DNA of 64,000 bases. It comes from a bacterium. GTDB taxonomy: Bacteria; Zhuqueibacterota; Zhuqueibacteria; Residuimicrobiales; Krinioviventaceae. The position numbers were made by a program, and so were the translations under genes. The first letter of the stretch is position 1, and every line of letters starts with the position of its first letter. Below the pieces are notes generated by a model. That model had not been told where the DNA came from, did not search any database, and saw only the letters and a list, made by a program, of their open reading frames with translations. The stretch spans positions 6,176,001-6,240,000 of the forward strand of contig OY843751.1 in NCBI GenBank assembly GCA_963693055.1, in the 5' to 3' direction. This document shows, piece by piece, positions 19,016 through 29,198 of this stretch.

Positions 19016-20257
19016 TTATTTTTTCCCCAACGCAAAAAGCTGTGATTCGGTTTTAAAAATAATCCGTCCCTCTGCCGCGGCAGGGGTGCATTGACTGTTT
19101 TCTCCCAAGGGGATGACCGAGGCCACACCACCTGTTTTACCGGGATTGATCACAATGACCTCGCCACTTTTTGAAATTACATAGATTTTTCCATCTGCCC
19201 AGATGGGGGAACCAGAAATTTGTCCGGAAGGTTTTTCTTTCCAAAATTCGTTGCCTGTCAACAGATCCATACAGATAATATTGCCATTGTCCAAAACATT
19301 GTAAAAGAGGCCATCTTTGATTAACGGAGTAGGCAGGTACGGTGCCTGGTTGCGTTTTTTCTCGTAAAGAGTCTCCAGTGTTTTGTTGGCTTTGTCAATA
19401 CGCATGACAAGTTCTAGACCTTTGCAGGTTCCAATCAGCAGACCGTCAACAAGTTGGGGAGTTGTAATGGCCCTGGCGTTTGTGATCATTTCTTCCCATA
19501 TAACCTTGCCGGTATGTACATTAACGATGGTCATGCCGTGCGATTCGCTCATGAACAACAGTTCAGGAGATTTGGGGTCATTGTTATAGATAACCGGTAA
19601 CGCAAAGGAATTGCTGGTAACGGTTTTTCTTTCAAGCTCCCATCGTATTTTACCGGTTTGGCGTTCAACAGCCACCCATGTACTTTTATATGGGCCATTC
19701 AGTTCCTGCTCCCGTGTAAAAACAATGGCATCCGCAAAGACGATAGGAGAGCTGCCGGCACCGTGGCGGGAAAATACGCCTTCGAACTCGGATTTCCACA
19801 CCTGATTGCCCTTGTGATCAAAAGCGAGCAGAAAAACGGATTCATCCGAATACCACAGACTGTAGACATGGTCCGCGTCCGCACAGGGGGTTGATGTAGC
19901 AAGACTGTTAGAGGAGTTCAACTCGTCAGCAAAAATTGGAAATTCTTTTTTCCAACGGACCTCACCAGTTGCAGCATTGACAGCATAAAGATACCCGGTA
20001 GTATTCTCTTCATCAGCACTGGTGGCATATACCGTATTTCCCCAGATGATGGGAGACGAGTGTCCGCGACCCGGCAGTTTGAGCGTCCAGAGATAATCCT
20101 TTATAGTCCATGTTTCCGGCAGATTCACTGCGTTGCTAATACCCCTTCCATTGGGACCGCGATATTGGGCCCATTCCTGTTCCTGTGAGAACAGGGTGTT
20201 TTGTAGTACAACCAGCAATACTGCAACGACGATACTCATAGCGTTTAACGTTTTCAT
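19016..20257 (-). CDS. PQQ-like beta-propeller repeat protein (BamB-like)
   Basis: Signal peptide; WAQYRGPNG, GHSSPI, repeated xTGxxxW motifs. Confidence 0.85.
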   Translation of the reverse strand: MKTLNAMSIVVAVLLVVLQNTLFSQEQEWAQYRGPNGRGISNAVNLPETWTIKDYLWTLKLPGRGHSSPIIWGNTVYATSADEENTTGYLYAVNAATGEVRWKKEFPIFADELNSSNSLATSTPCADADHVYSLWYSDESVFLLAFDHKGNQVWKSEFEGVFSRHGAGSSPIVFADAIVFTREQELNGPYKSTWVAVERQTGKIRWELERKTVTSNSFALPVIYNNDPKSPELLFMSESHGMTIVNVHTGKVIWEEMITNARAITTPQLVDGLLIGTCKGLELVMRIDKANKTLETLYEKKRNQAPYLPTPLIKDGLFYNVLDNGNIICMDLLTGNEFWKEKPSGQISGSPIWADGKIYVISKSGEVIVINPGKTGGVASVIPLGENSQCTPAAAEGRIIFKTESQLFALGKK

Positions 20258-20547
20258 CGGACTTCCCCTTGTGCTGTAAGAGATTGCTGTATTTGTTGGA
20301 AAATACGTTAATTTTTACAGGAAATCAATAAAATTATTTGGGTGGAGTGCAAAACTGGTGCTTTTCGCTGTAAAGAAATGTAAAATTTCAAGAAATACTT
20401 GCTGAATGGTTTTGAAAAAAATTTTGTTAAATTGGTTTGGTGAGCAAAAGAAACCGTTGAAGAAATAATTGAAAACATTAACCAAATGGCAATCGATTAC
20501 AAGTAATATAAATGCAAATCTGTGTCATCCGTTTTATGGGTGTTCAA

Positions 20548-21234
20548 TCATTGCCCCAGTTCTTTTGCGATAATCTGTGCGTCAAAGGGATTGCCGTGAC
20601 CGGGATAAATGGTTTTTACGCCCCGCTCCAGTAACCTTTTCCAGGTGGATTGGGTCTGGTTAAAATCATCTGCAAGCGTGGGCAAGCCGGCTTTCCATCT
20701 CAATATGGGAATACCCTGCATGGCCATGTCTCCCACAATTACTCTGCCATCATTGAGGATTACACTGACCGATCCGGCGGTGTGTCCCGGTGTATGTTCA
20801 ATACGCCCGTCGATGCCATAGGGTTCAAGGTCAAGGCCGTTGTCATCAATCAATATATCCGGCACAGCAGGAACAACAGACAAGCGCGACTGTAAAAGTT
20901 TCATCAATCTGAACATGAATTTTGCTCCGGCTGTAATGGGTGTGGCGGGCATGGCTTTGCCATCGATCATCCATTGGCTGTCCGCTTTGTGGATTGCAAC
21001 AGGTGCCTGACACATGCGGGTCAGTTCTGCAACCGAACCGATATGGTCGGCATGACCATGAGTGATCACAATAAGGTTGATATCTGTGGATTCCAAATGG
21101 TGTTTCTGCAAAAGCCGTTCAACGGTTTTACCGCTGTTAATGGTGCCGGTGTCTACCAGAATAGCACCTTTTTCGCTCTTGATCAGGTAAGCGTTTGATA
21201 CTCCCAATTGAACTTGGATAATGTCTGTTGCCAT
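20548..21234 (-). CDS. MBL-fold metallo-hydrolase
   Basis: LVDTG, THGHADHIG, TPGHTAG, YPGHG. Confidence 0.9.
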   Translation of the reverse strand: MATDIIQVQLGVSNAYLIKSEKGAILVDTGTINSGKTVERLLQKHHLESTDINLIVITHGHADHIGSVAELTRMCQAPVAIHKADSQWMIDGKAMPATPITAGAKFMFRLMKLLQSRLSVVPAVPDILIDDNGLDLEPYGIDGRIEHTPGHTAGSVSVILNDGRVIVGDMAMQGIPILRWKAGLPTLADDFNQTQSTWKRLLERGVKTIYPGHGNPFDAQIIAKELGQ

Positions 21235-21329
21235 TTTTTATCTTTCATATTTTATGAATTTACTTTATAATATGCAATACACATGAAAAACATGCAAGTT
21301 AAATGTAAATAAAAAGTTGCAGGTGATCC

Positions 21330-22856
21330 ATGAAAAATCGTCGTCAATTTATGAAAACACTACTGACCGCATTACCGGCTTTGAGTATGCTCTCATCCTG
21401 TATGAACCAGGACAAAAAGCGGCCCAATATTTTGTTTATCATGTCAGATGATCATTCCACCCATGCAATCAGTTGTTACGGATCGAACCTCACGACAGTG
21501 TTTAAAACATCCAATATTGACCGGCTGGCAGCGGAAGGCGTGAAATTGGAAAATTGTTTTTGCACCAATTCTATTTGCACACCGAGCCGGGCTTCAATCC
21601 ATACCGGACAATACAGTCACCTTAACGGTGTATATACACTCAAAGATGCCATTGACCCGACAAAACCCAATCTGGCAAAAGAGATGCAAAAAGCAGGGTA
21701 CCAGACCGCAATCTATGGAAAGTGGCATCTCAAAACCGATCCGTCAGGATTCGACGACTGGCAGGTGTTGAGCGGTCAGGGGCGCTATCGTGATCCCGTC
21801 ATGCGGACCCGGAATGGAGTGGAAAAGCAATATTCCGGCCACTCGACTGATGTAATTACAGACCTTTCTCTGGAATGGTTAAAGCAGCGCAATCCGGAGG
21901 AACCTTTTTTTCTGCAATGTCATTTCAAGGCCCCACACGAGAACTGGGAATACGCAAAACGCTTCAAAGATGCGTTAAAGGACGTGGAACTGCCGGAACC
22001 CGAAAGCCTGTTTGAGGACATGTCCCATCGTTCCGAAGGATCGCGCGAGTATGGCTTTACCGTAGGCGAGACCATGGCGGAACGCCAGTCGCGGGAAAAT
22101 TATCACTCTGAACCGGCACTGGATACAACAGGGATGACATCCCAAGAAATACGTAAAGCCACGTATCAGAAATTTGTAAAAATGTATCTGCGTGCAGTTA
22201 TGGGTGTGGATGAGAACGTGGGTCGTATACTGGATTTTCTTGATGAACAGGGTCTGACAGACAATACACTGGTGGTGTACACTTCGGACCAGGGATATTT
22301 TCTGGGGGAGCATAACTATATTGATAAACGCTGGATGTTTGAAGAAGCGCTGCGCATGCCCTTTATTGTGCGATATGCTAAAGAATTACCGCCTGGCGAA
22401 GAGAATGATGATATTGTATTGAACATTGACTTTGCCGCCATGCTGCTTGATTATGCGGGTGTACAAACACCGGGCTATATGCAGGGGCGCAGTTTTCGTT
22501 CCAATCTGAATGGAAAGACTCCGAATGACTGGCGAGCCATCATGTATTATCGTTACTGGCTGCATACCACGCGTCCTGCACATTTGGGAGTACGGACAAA
22601 GCGTTACAAGCTCATCTTTTTTTACGGGCTGCCGTTGGGTATGAATGGAGCGGACCAACCGCCAACCAAAACCGGATGGGAGTTGTATGATCTTGAAAAT
22701 GACCCGAAAGAGATGCATAATGTTTATACCGATCCCCGGTATGCAGAGACAGTCAAACAGTTAAAAGCTGAAATGCTCCGTCTGCGAAATGAACTGGGTG
22801 ATACGGACGAGGGGCACCCCGAAATGCTTGAATTGTTAAAAGAAAATTTTAAATAA
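21330..22856 (+). CDS. Sulfatase (Cys-type), Tat lipoprotein
   Basis: NRRQFMK; LSSC lipobox; PNILFIMSDDH; CTPSRAS; GKWHL; YTSDQGYFLGEH. Confidence 0.92.
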   Translation: MKNRRQFMKTLLTALPALSMLSSCMNQDKKRPNILFIMSDDHSTHAISCYGSNLTTVFKTSNIDRLAAEGVKLENCFCTNSICTPSRASIHTGQYSHLNGVYTLKDAIDPTKPNLAKEMQKAGYQTAIYGKWHLKTDPSGFDDWQVLSGQGRYRDPVMRTRNGVEKQYSGHSTDVITDLSLEWLKQRNPEEPFFLQCHFKAPHENWEYAKRFKDALKDVELPEPESLFEDMSHRSEGSREYGFTVGETMAERQSRENYHSEPALDTTGMTSQEIRKATYQKFVKMYLRAVMGVDENVGRILDFLDEQGLTDNTLVVYTSDQGYFLGEHNYIDKRWMFEEALRMPFIVRYAKELPPGEENDDIVLNIDFAAMLLDYAGVQTPGYMQGRSFRSNLNGKTPNDWRAIMYYRYWLHTTRPAHLGVRTKRYKLIFFYGLPLGMNGADQPPTKTGWELYDLENDPKEMHNVYTDPRYAETVKQLKAEMLRLRNELGDTDEGHPEMLELLKENFK

Positions 22857-22970
22857 ATGTTTCCAGATCTCTGAAAATAATCCTTCTTTAATAAAAAGCC
22901 AACCTTTATAGTTTTATCTGCTTGAACATTTTGGAATAAATACCCTATTGTAGACGTTATACTCTTTGAT

Positions 22971-22994
22971 TTATTGATGTTGCAACATCAATAA
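22971..22994. promoter_or_regulatory. Perfect 24-bp palindromic operator upstream of the pirin-nitroreductase pair
   Basis: TTATTGATGTTGCAACATCAATAA equals its own reverse complement; about 20 bp before the start codon. Confidence 0.7.
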
Positions 22995-23016
22995 GCGTAT
23001 TATATTGGAGATAATG

Positions 23017-23727
23017 ATGAAAACAAAATTACATAAAGCAGATACAAGGGGATATTTTGATCATGGCTGGCTTGAAACCCGCCATACATTCAGTTTTGCG
23101 AATTATTATGATCCCGAACGTACCCATTTTGGCAAACTGCGGGTACTGAATGATGATAGTGTTGCTCCCGGTGAAGGATTTGGTACGCATCCGCATGAGA
23201 ATATGGAGATTGTATCCATACCCCTAAAGGGAGCGTTGGCGCATAAAGACAGCGGCGGACATGAAGAGGTGATAAAACCGGGAGAAGTGCAGGTTATGTC
23301 TGCCGGAACAGGCATATACCATTCCGAGTATAATGCATCAGATACAGAAGCCACTCATTTTTTGCAGATTTGGGTGTTTCCCGACAAACAGGGTCATGAA
23401 CCGCGTTATGATCAAAAATCCTTTGATTTAAAAGACCGACATAACAAGTTACAATTTATCGTCTCGCCGGAGAGAAACAATGGTTCATTGTGGCTTAACC
23501 AGAATGCCTGGTTTTCTATGATTGATCTGGATCAGGGGAAAAAAGTGCAATATGATCTGCACAACACTCATAATGGCGTTTATTTGTTTGTGCTTGTTGG
23601 AAGTGTAACTGTGTCAGAAACCAAGCTTGATACCCGGGACGGACTTGCAATTTGGGAAACGGAAAAAGTATTATTGACCGCAGATACAGATTCACAAATT
23701 TTAATTATTGAAATACCTATGCTATAG
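23017..23727 (+). CDS. Pirin family protein (YhhW-like)
   Basis: HGWLETRHTFSFANYYDP, LRVLNDD, GFGTHPHENMEI, MSAGTGIYHSE, FLQIWV. Confidence 0.92.
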   Translation: MKTKLHKADTRGYFDHGWLETRHTFSFANYYDPERTHFGKLRVLNDDSVAPGEGFGTHPHENMEIVSIPLKGALAHKDSGGHEEVIKPGEVQVMSAGTGIYHSEYNASDTEATHFLQIWVFPDKQGHEPRYDQKSFDLKDRHNKLQFIVSPERNNGSLWLNQNAWFSMIDLDQGKKVQYDLHNTHNGVYLFVLVGSVTVSETKLDTRDGLAIWETEKVLLTADTDSQILIIEIPML

Positions 23728-23742
23728 AAAGGATACATAACG

Positions 23743-24345
23743 ATGAAAGAAGCAATCCAAACGAAACCAGAATTACATCCCTTGTTATCCACCCGGTTCA
23801 GTCCACGCAGTTTTGATGAACGTCCGGTTGAACATGATGAAATACAATTGTTAATGCAGGCTGCCCAAAGTGCTCCCTCTTGTTACAACCAGCAACCCTG
23901 GCAGTATATCATTGCATCGAAAGACGACCGTCAGAAATATGATAAAATGCTAAATATATTATTCGAAAAAAACAAGGAATGGGCGCAACAGGCGCCATTG
24001 CTAATGATTAGTGTAGCGAAAACGGATTTTGACCATAACAACCAACCGAATCCCTATGCGTTATATGATGTGGGTCAGGCAACTGCAATGATGCTGGTGC
24101 AGGCTGCGTCAATGGGACTTTTAGCGCATCAGATGGGCGGATTTGATAAAGAGGCAGTTAAAAAAGAGTACCAAATACCGCAGGGATACGAACCGGTTGC
24201 AGCAATTGCCATTGGATACCGTTCAGAGCAGGATGGGAACCCTTCCCGTAACCGCAAGCCAATACATTCTTTTGTTTTTGCAGGTCAGTGGCAAAATTCG
24301 GTATTTGACGAGCAATCTGAAAATGTACTTGTGAATCATAATTGA
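23743..24345 (+). CDS. Nitroreductase family protein
   Basis: RFSPRSF, APSCYNQQPW, YDVGQA, HQMGGFD, IAIGY. Confidence 0.92.
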   Translation: MKEAIQTKPELHPLLSTRFSPRSFDERPVEHDEIQLLMQAAQSAPSCYNQQPWQYIIASKDDRQKYDKMLNILFEKNKEWAQQAPLLMISVAKTDFDHNNQPNPYALYDVGQATAMMLVQAASMGLLAHQMGGFDKEAVKKEYQIPQGYEPVAAIAIGYRSEQDGNPSRNRKPIHSFVFAGQWQNSVFDEQSENVLVNHN

Positions 24346-24377
24346 TTTTAAGAACATTGTTTTTTCAATATGAGTTT

Positions 24378-24408
24378 GATCGTGACGGAGATTATATCCG
24401 TCACGATC
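24378..24408. repeat. REP-like palindrome family A, copy 1
   Basis: gatcgtgacggagattatatccgtcacgatc. Confidence 0.85.
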
Positions 24409-24420
24409 AATTTATTTACT

Positions 24421-25632
24421 GAAACCTCTGAAATATTATTAGAATCAAAGGTAATAATTTACTAATTTGCTGTATGATAAAAAAAACTGGAGTTTTACAT
24501 GGGTCGCAATAGAATAAACAATGAAGACTTGTTTACCACAGCAGCAAATGAAAATTTCAAAAAGCATATAAAAACCCAAAGCAAACAAGCTCTGGAAATT
24601 ATCAAAGAAAAAATTGATTGGCAAAATTTACTTGAACCCATTGAAGAACGTATTGAACAATCAAAAACCAGAAAATCAAATGCAGGCAAGCCGTCATTTG
24701 ATTTGTTAGTTATTGTTCGTTGTTTTTTATTACAACGTATCTATGGTTTATCCGATCCTCGCCTGGAAGAAGAGATTGCGGATCGACGTAGTTTTCAATT
24801 GTTTCTGGAACTGACCAGTGCGGATGCAATCCCTGACGAAACCACTATCTGCCGATATCGTGAACTATTTGCCCGTCTTGGTCTTGATAAAATACTGTTC
24901 CGGCAATTCAACAAACAGCTTGAAAAAATGGGTCTGATCGTTGGCAAAGGAACACTTGTTGATGCAACTATAAAACAAGCACAAGCGAAACCAGGAAGCA
25001 AGCGTGATCGTGATGCAGATTTCACAAAGAAACGTGGCAAAACGCATTATGGCTACAAAGGCCATATTGGTACAGATTTGGACAGTGATATTATTCATTC
25101 TGTAGAGTTTACCAGCGCAAGTATTCACGACACAAATCTTTTTCCGGATCTGATAACAGAAAAAGAAAATGCGGTGTTCGCAGATAAAGGTTACACGAAC
25201 AAAGCCCGCAAGTGCAACCTGCGAGGCAAAGGAGTCTATTGCGGCATTCTTGATAAAGGATATAGAAACCGAAATTTGACATCAAAGCAGGTAAAAAGAA
25301 ATAAGCAATTATCTAAAGTTCGGAATGCAGTTGAAAGACCGTTTGCCTTTATGAAGCAAGTATTAGATTATGATCGGTGCAGTTATTATGATATGGGCCG
25401 AAATCGTTTTGAATTTGTGATTGCAGCATGGGTTTATAATATCAGGCGTATGGTTACATTAACCACTTGAGCCATTTCGTAGGTATATAACCTATGTATT
25501 AGAGTAATGATAGTAAATTTTGTCAAAGAACAATTTTAAATGTTATAGATTTTATAAATATTTCATTCTCTTTGGAAAATTGAACTCAATTTATTAGTTC
25601 AATATGAAAAAATCCAATATTTCAGATGTTTC
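24421..25632 (+). mobile_element. IS5-family insertion sequence
   Basis: IRs gaaacctctgaaatatt / aatatttcagatgtttc (16/17 match); flanking direct repeat TTACT at 24416-24420 and 25633-25637. Confidence 0.9.
24499..25470 (+). CDS. IS5-family DDE transposase
   Basis: YGLSDPRLEE, IPDETTI, LVDAT, YGYKGH, ADKGY, RNAVERPF. Confidence 0.93.
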   Translation: MGRNRINNEDLFTTAANENFKKHIKTQSKQALEIIKEKIDWQNLLEPIEERIEQSKTRKSNAGKPSFDLLVIVRCFLLQRIYGLSDPRLEEEIADRRSFQLFLELTSADAIPDETTICRYRELFARLGLDKILFRQFNKQLEKMGLIVGKGTLVDATIKQAQAKPGSKRDRDADFTKKRGKTHYGYKGHIGTDLDSDIIHSVEFTSASIHDTNLFPDLITEKENAVFADKGYTNKARKCNLRGKGVYCGILDKGYRNRNLTSKQVKRNKQLSKVRNAVERPFAFMKQVLDYDRCSYYDMGRNRFEFVIAAWVYNIRRMVTLTT

Positions 25633-25638
25633 TTACTG

Positions 25639-26293
25639 TTAATGTTTTAGTATGATAAAATCCATATACAACAATTTACGGTTAATCACATAGTTTGATA
25701 TATTTAACAGTTCCAGAAATTCTTTTATCTCTTGTGGATTGTAGGCAGCCCGTAAGGCCTGGAACAGGTTTTTATTCAATCGTAGGAAATTGCATAAGCC
25801 GTTTCGGTGATAATCGTAAATGTATAAAATACCACCTGGATTTAGTGCATTGTACAGGTTTTAGCGCTATTAATGGATCAAGCCATTGGTGCAGTGAAAA
25901 TGAAGAGTAAATAAAATCAAAGCTACCCAGATTTTCAATCTGCTCCAGTTTTTCCACGGAACCGTTTTTTAGAGAAAATTTTTTCTCCAATTGCATTTGC
26001 TTGATAAAATGATCACCATAATGTTTTACTCTTGGTGAATTCACCAATCCTACAATTTCTTTGGGATTGTATTTTTCAATAATGGCACGCGTTTGACTGA
26101 TTCTACCGGGAGAGATCTCTAAAAAACGTCCCTTGACAGAAACCATTTTCAGAGATTTCATAAAGTCCTTCAAGTAAAACCGTCCATTTTTTTGCTTCAT
26201 GGTTCTATAATCTTGGACGTTTTGCGTGCCGGTTGTGACCAGCAGATCCTGGAACGGTTTACGTTTGGGTGCTTTGATTGTCCTGGCAGTCAT
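25639..26293 (-). pseudogene. Class I SAM-methyltransferase-like gene with one frameshift
   Basis: FLEISPG and FDFIYSSFSLHQW; after a frameshift in the T4 run at 25859-25862 the frame continues LYNALNPGGILYIYD...LRAAYNPQEIKEFL...KH-stop at 25639. Confidence 0.7.
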
Positions 26294-26619
26294 TATGCTT
26301 CCGATGTCAATTCTTCAGAACTGGTTTGTGGGTCTTTGTATTTATCATGAAATTTCTTTTTCCAATGTATACTGTGAGGATGATAACCATGTTTGGGTAA
26401 CGATTTGAAAAAGATATGCGCCAGCACAACCAGTCCCCATGCTTGCCAGAAGGAAATGGTGGTCAGTCCGAAAATATCAGGCATGAGCCAGTTCCACAAC
26501 AGTTTAACAATAATACCCAGAACTGCAGCCATGATAGCGGCAAAGGCAATACCACCTGCAATCATCAACGCAATGCGACCTGCACCGAGTTTCTCAGAAT
26601 GATGAAAATGTCCACACAT
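26293..26619 (-). CDS. Small membrane protein downstream of the ECF sigma gene (candidate anti-sigma or partner)
   Basis: Two to three hydrophobic segments; LWNWLMPDIFGL..ISFWQAWGL; His-rich ends; stop overlaps the next start. Confidence 0.75.
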   Translation of the reverse strand: MCGHFHHSEKLGAGRIALMIAGGIAFAAIMAAVLGIIVKLLWNWLMPDIFGLTTISFWQAWGLVVLAHIFFKSLPKHGYHPHSIHWKKKFHDKYKDPQTSSEELTSEA

Positions 26620-26632
26620 ATAATTATACCTC

Positions 26633-27169
26633 TCATTTGTTCAGTGATTTCAGCTTTTCACGCAGAAACAACACAGCGTAACGTTTACGGGCAATGAGTG
26701 TGTTTAGCGGTTCACCGGTTTCAATGGACAGGTCTTTGAATGTTCTGCCATTTATGACCTGTTCAATAAACACATATTTTTGATTCTCAGGCAGTTGGTC
26801 AATGCTTGCCATGATCGACTCTAAAATTGTTTCTCGTTCTGTGGAATCCAAATCTGACGGGACTTTCTCAGCCAGTACATCCTCAAAGCGGATTTCATCA
26901 TCGTCGATGGGTTCATCAAGCGAGACTGTATCCAATTTGCGTTTGCGGTACCAGTCTATGATGCGGTTTCGTACTACGGTATACACCCAACCGGTGAGGT
27001 TGTCTATGGAATTTAGCACGTTCAGATTCCCGAGAAGCTGTAAATAGACATCCTGCAGCAGATCATCTGATTCTTCGAGAGAGGCGATCCGGTATCTTAC
27101 AAACGCCCGCAGGTTCTGGTTCTCTGTCCTGAAAAACTCGCCCAGTTTATGTGTTGTTTCACTACTCAT
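26633..27169 (-). CDS. ECF sigma-70 factor
   Basis: DDLLQDVY, WVYTVVRNRIIDWYRK (region 2); LPENQK...TLIARKRYA (region 4). Confidence 0.9.
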   Translation of the reverse strand: MSSETTHKLGEFFRTENQNLRAFVRYRIASLEESDDLLQDVYLQLLGNLNVLNSIDNLTGWVYTVVRNRIIDWYRKRKLDTVSLDEPIDDDEIRFEDVLAEKVPSDLDSTERETILESIMASIDQLPENQKYVFIEQVINGRTFKDLSIETGEPLNTLIARKRYAVLFLREKLKSLNK

Positions 27170-27179
27170 CTCACTATTA

Positions 27180-27207
27180 TAGACGTAAACATTGGAAAAT
27201 TATTGTA
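27180..27207 (-). promoter_or_regulatory. Possible autoregulated ECF promoter
   Basis: Minus strand TACAAT-N16-CGTCTA ending about 10 nt before the sigma ATG. Confidence 0.35.
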
Positions 27208-27237
27208 TGGAAAGTGAAATTTTTTAATATTCAAGTA

Positions 27238-27267
27238 GATCGTGACGGAGATTATATCCGTCACGAT
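27238..27267. repeat. REP-like palindrome family A, copy 2
   Basis: gatcgtgacggagattatatccgtcacgat, identical to copy 1 over 30 bp. Confidence 0.85.
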
Positions 27268-27302
27268 TATTTTTTTGACGATAGAATAGTGTTCTATATT
27301 CA

Positions 27303-28148
27303 TCACCCCTTTGCCGCCGAGCCAATGCTCCACAGATTGTCATGGTTTCCCAGTCTTTCCGAATTGCCCATCACCATTCTCCAGCAGGGTGCGCTTTCTT
27401 CCAGATTGGGGATGGATCTGAAAAATTGTACGGCCTTTTTATGGCTTTCCAGAACACCGATCCTGAACGGCCGATTTTCTGCAATCATTGCAAGGGATTG
27501 TAGCAGCGGCAGGGGATTTTGGTCTTTGTTTAATACGGTCATTGGTGCAACGGCAATAACATCAGGCGCGGGATAGCCAAAGACATAACCATCAATACCG
27601 GAATTTGATTCGGATACCAGACAAAATGGGGAAAAACGGTTAAATCGTTGTTTTAAAAAGAAACTGCGGTCATCTCCAAACAGCTCCCGGTCGATGTTAC
27701 AGATTTCTTCCAGATCTTCGTGAGTCATTTGTCGCACCTGTGGGTGATGTTTGCCCTTAAAAGTACCCAGAAATCGGAGTGATAGGGTGATTTTATGCAG
27801 GCCATAGCGTTCATAAATGGGGACGGCGGGTATATTGCCATCCAGATAGATATTGGGGATGTGTTTTGCTTCCAGATACTCCATGGAATGGGCGAACAAT
27901 CGACTACCGAGTCCCTGACCCCGAACGGATTCTTTCATTATGAAATAACCAATGAAACCATTGTTTGGGTAGGCAATGGAAAAGCAAATACCAACAGGCT
28001 GCGAATCCAGCTCGGCAATAAAACAACCATTTGGGTCAAAAGCTATCAAGTCTTCAAACACCGTGCGATCAAAGCCATACCAGCCTTCGTCCTGGGTGCA
28101 TTCAAAGGCAAAATCAATATCTGATTCGGTAAGGGTACGTATATCCAT
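27303..28148 (-). CDS. GNAT N-acetyltransferase (two-domain, YitH/HolE-like)
   Basis: VRGQGLGSRL acetyl-CoA motif, YERYG, second domain FGDDRSFFL; ATG at 28148. Confidence 0.85.
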   Translation of the reverse strand: MDIRTLTESDIDFAFECTQDEGWYGFDRTVFEDLIAFDPNGCFIAELDSQPVGICFSIAYPNNGFIGYFIMKESVRGQGLGSRLFAHSMEYLEAKHIPNIYLDGNIPAVPIYERYGLHKITLSLRFLGTFKGKHHPQVRQMTHEDLEEICNIDRELFGDDRSFFLKQRFNRFSPFCLVSESNSGIDGYVFGYPAPDVIAVAPMTVLNKDQNPLPLLQSLAMIAENRPFRIGVLESHKKAVQFFRSIPNLEESAPCWRMVMGNSERLGNHDNLWSIGSAAKG

Positions 28149-28209
28149 GGGCAATTCTCCAGAGTTGTTATTTAAATATATAAGAAAATTTGAAAAAGTA
28201 AAATAATTA

Positions 28210-28267
28210 TTGACAGAAACCAGCATATTCCTTACCTTTGGTAAGGAATGATGATTAAGGTAAGGAA
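28210..28267 (+). promoter_or_regulatory. TA promoter and operator
   Basis: -35 TTGACA at 28210; IR attccttacc-ttt-ggtaaggaat (28227-28249); extra half-site ggtaaggaa at 28259. Confidence 0.7.
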
Positions 28268-28268
28268 C

Positions 28269-28505
28269 ATGACGTCAACAATAACATCAAAAGGTCAGTT
28301 AACCGTTCCCAAAGCAATTCGTGAAAAATACGGTTTGCAATCTGGTGACAAGGTTGAATTTTTGGATGACCCTGAATTGGGATTAAGAATAGTTCCGGTA
28401 ACACAACCTTTATCCCGGTTAAAAGGAATGGTACCAAAACCGGACAAAACTATCAGTCTTGAAGATATGCAGAATGTCATAGAGCATGAAGGTGGAAAAT
28501 TATGA
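28269..28505 (+). CDS. vapB: AbrB/MazE-type antitoxin
   Basis: STITSKGQLTVPKAIR..GLQSGDKVEF; stop overlaps the toxin ATG (ATGA). Confidence 0.85.
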   Translation: MTSTITSKGQLTVPKAIREKYGLQSGDKVEFLDDPELGLRIVPVTQPLSRLKGMVPKPDKTISLEDMQNVIEHEGGKL

Positions 28506-28897
28506 TTGGAATAGATACCAATGTTCTTGTAAGGTATATCGTTCAAGACGATCCTTCACAATCCGAAAAAGCGAGTCAATTTTTAGAAGAGAATTGTAAT
28601 ACTACCAATCCGGGTTTTATTAATAGTATAGTGCTTTGTGAATTGGTATGGGTATTGAAATGTGCCTATGGTTATAACAAAACAGTTATTGCAGATGTTA
28701 TAGAAAAGTTATTATGTACATCTGAACTTGTTGCGGAAAATTCAAATGCAGCCTGGGATGCATTAAGAGCATATAAAGCCGGACAGGCAGATTTTCCGGA
28801 TTATTTAATAGGGGATATAAATTCAATCAATGATTGTGAATTTACAGTTAGTTTTGATAAGCAAACAACTGAAAGCAAACATTTTCAGATACTTTAG
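28502..28897 (+). CDS. vapC: PIN-domain toxin
   Basis: IGIDTNVLVR, ELVWVL, ADFPDYLI, SFDK. Confidence 0.9.
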   Translation: MIGIDTNVLVRYIVQDDPSQSEKASQFLEENCNTTNPGFINSIVLCELVWVLKCAYGYNKTVIADVIEKLLCTSELVAENSNAAWDALRAYKAGQADFPDYLIGDINSINDCEFTVSFDKQTTESKHFQIL

Positions 28898-28994
28898 TAA
28901 ATTCGACTTTTTTTTAAAGTTGTTTCTTTGTTTTGGAAAAATTATAAATAGACCTGATAAAAGAAATATTTTTATAGATATTAAGATTCAAGGT

Positions 28995-29024
28995 CTCGCA
29001 ACAGAGATCATCTCTGTCACAATC
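28995..29024. repeat. REP-like palindrome family A, copy 3 (reverse orientation)
   Basis: Reverse complement gattgtgacagagatgatctctgttgcgag is nearly identical to copy 5. Confidence 0.8.
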
Positions 29025-29198
29025 GTTCCCAGTGAAACAAGAATGCATCGTGGGTTTGGCACCATAAACCTGTTGCATTTCTATCATATTTCATCTACAT
29101 TGCATAACAATCCTGACGAAATACCGAATATATTATATATTTTCCGCAGTCCGGGCCCTACGCCGGAATAATCCAATTAACTGTTTTTGAGGTCCCCT

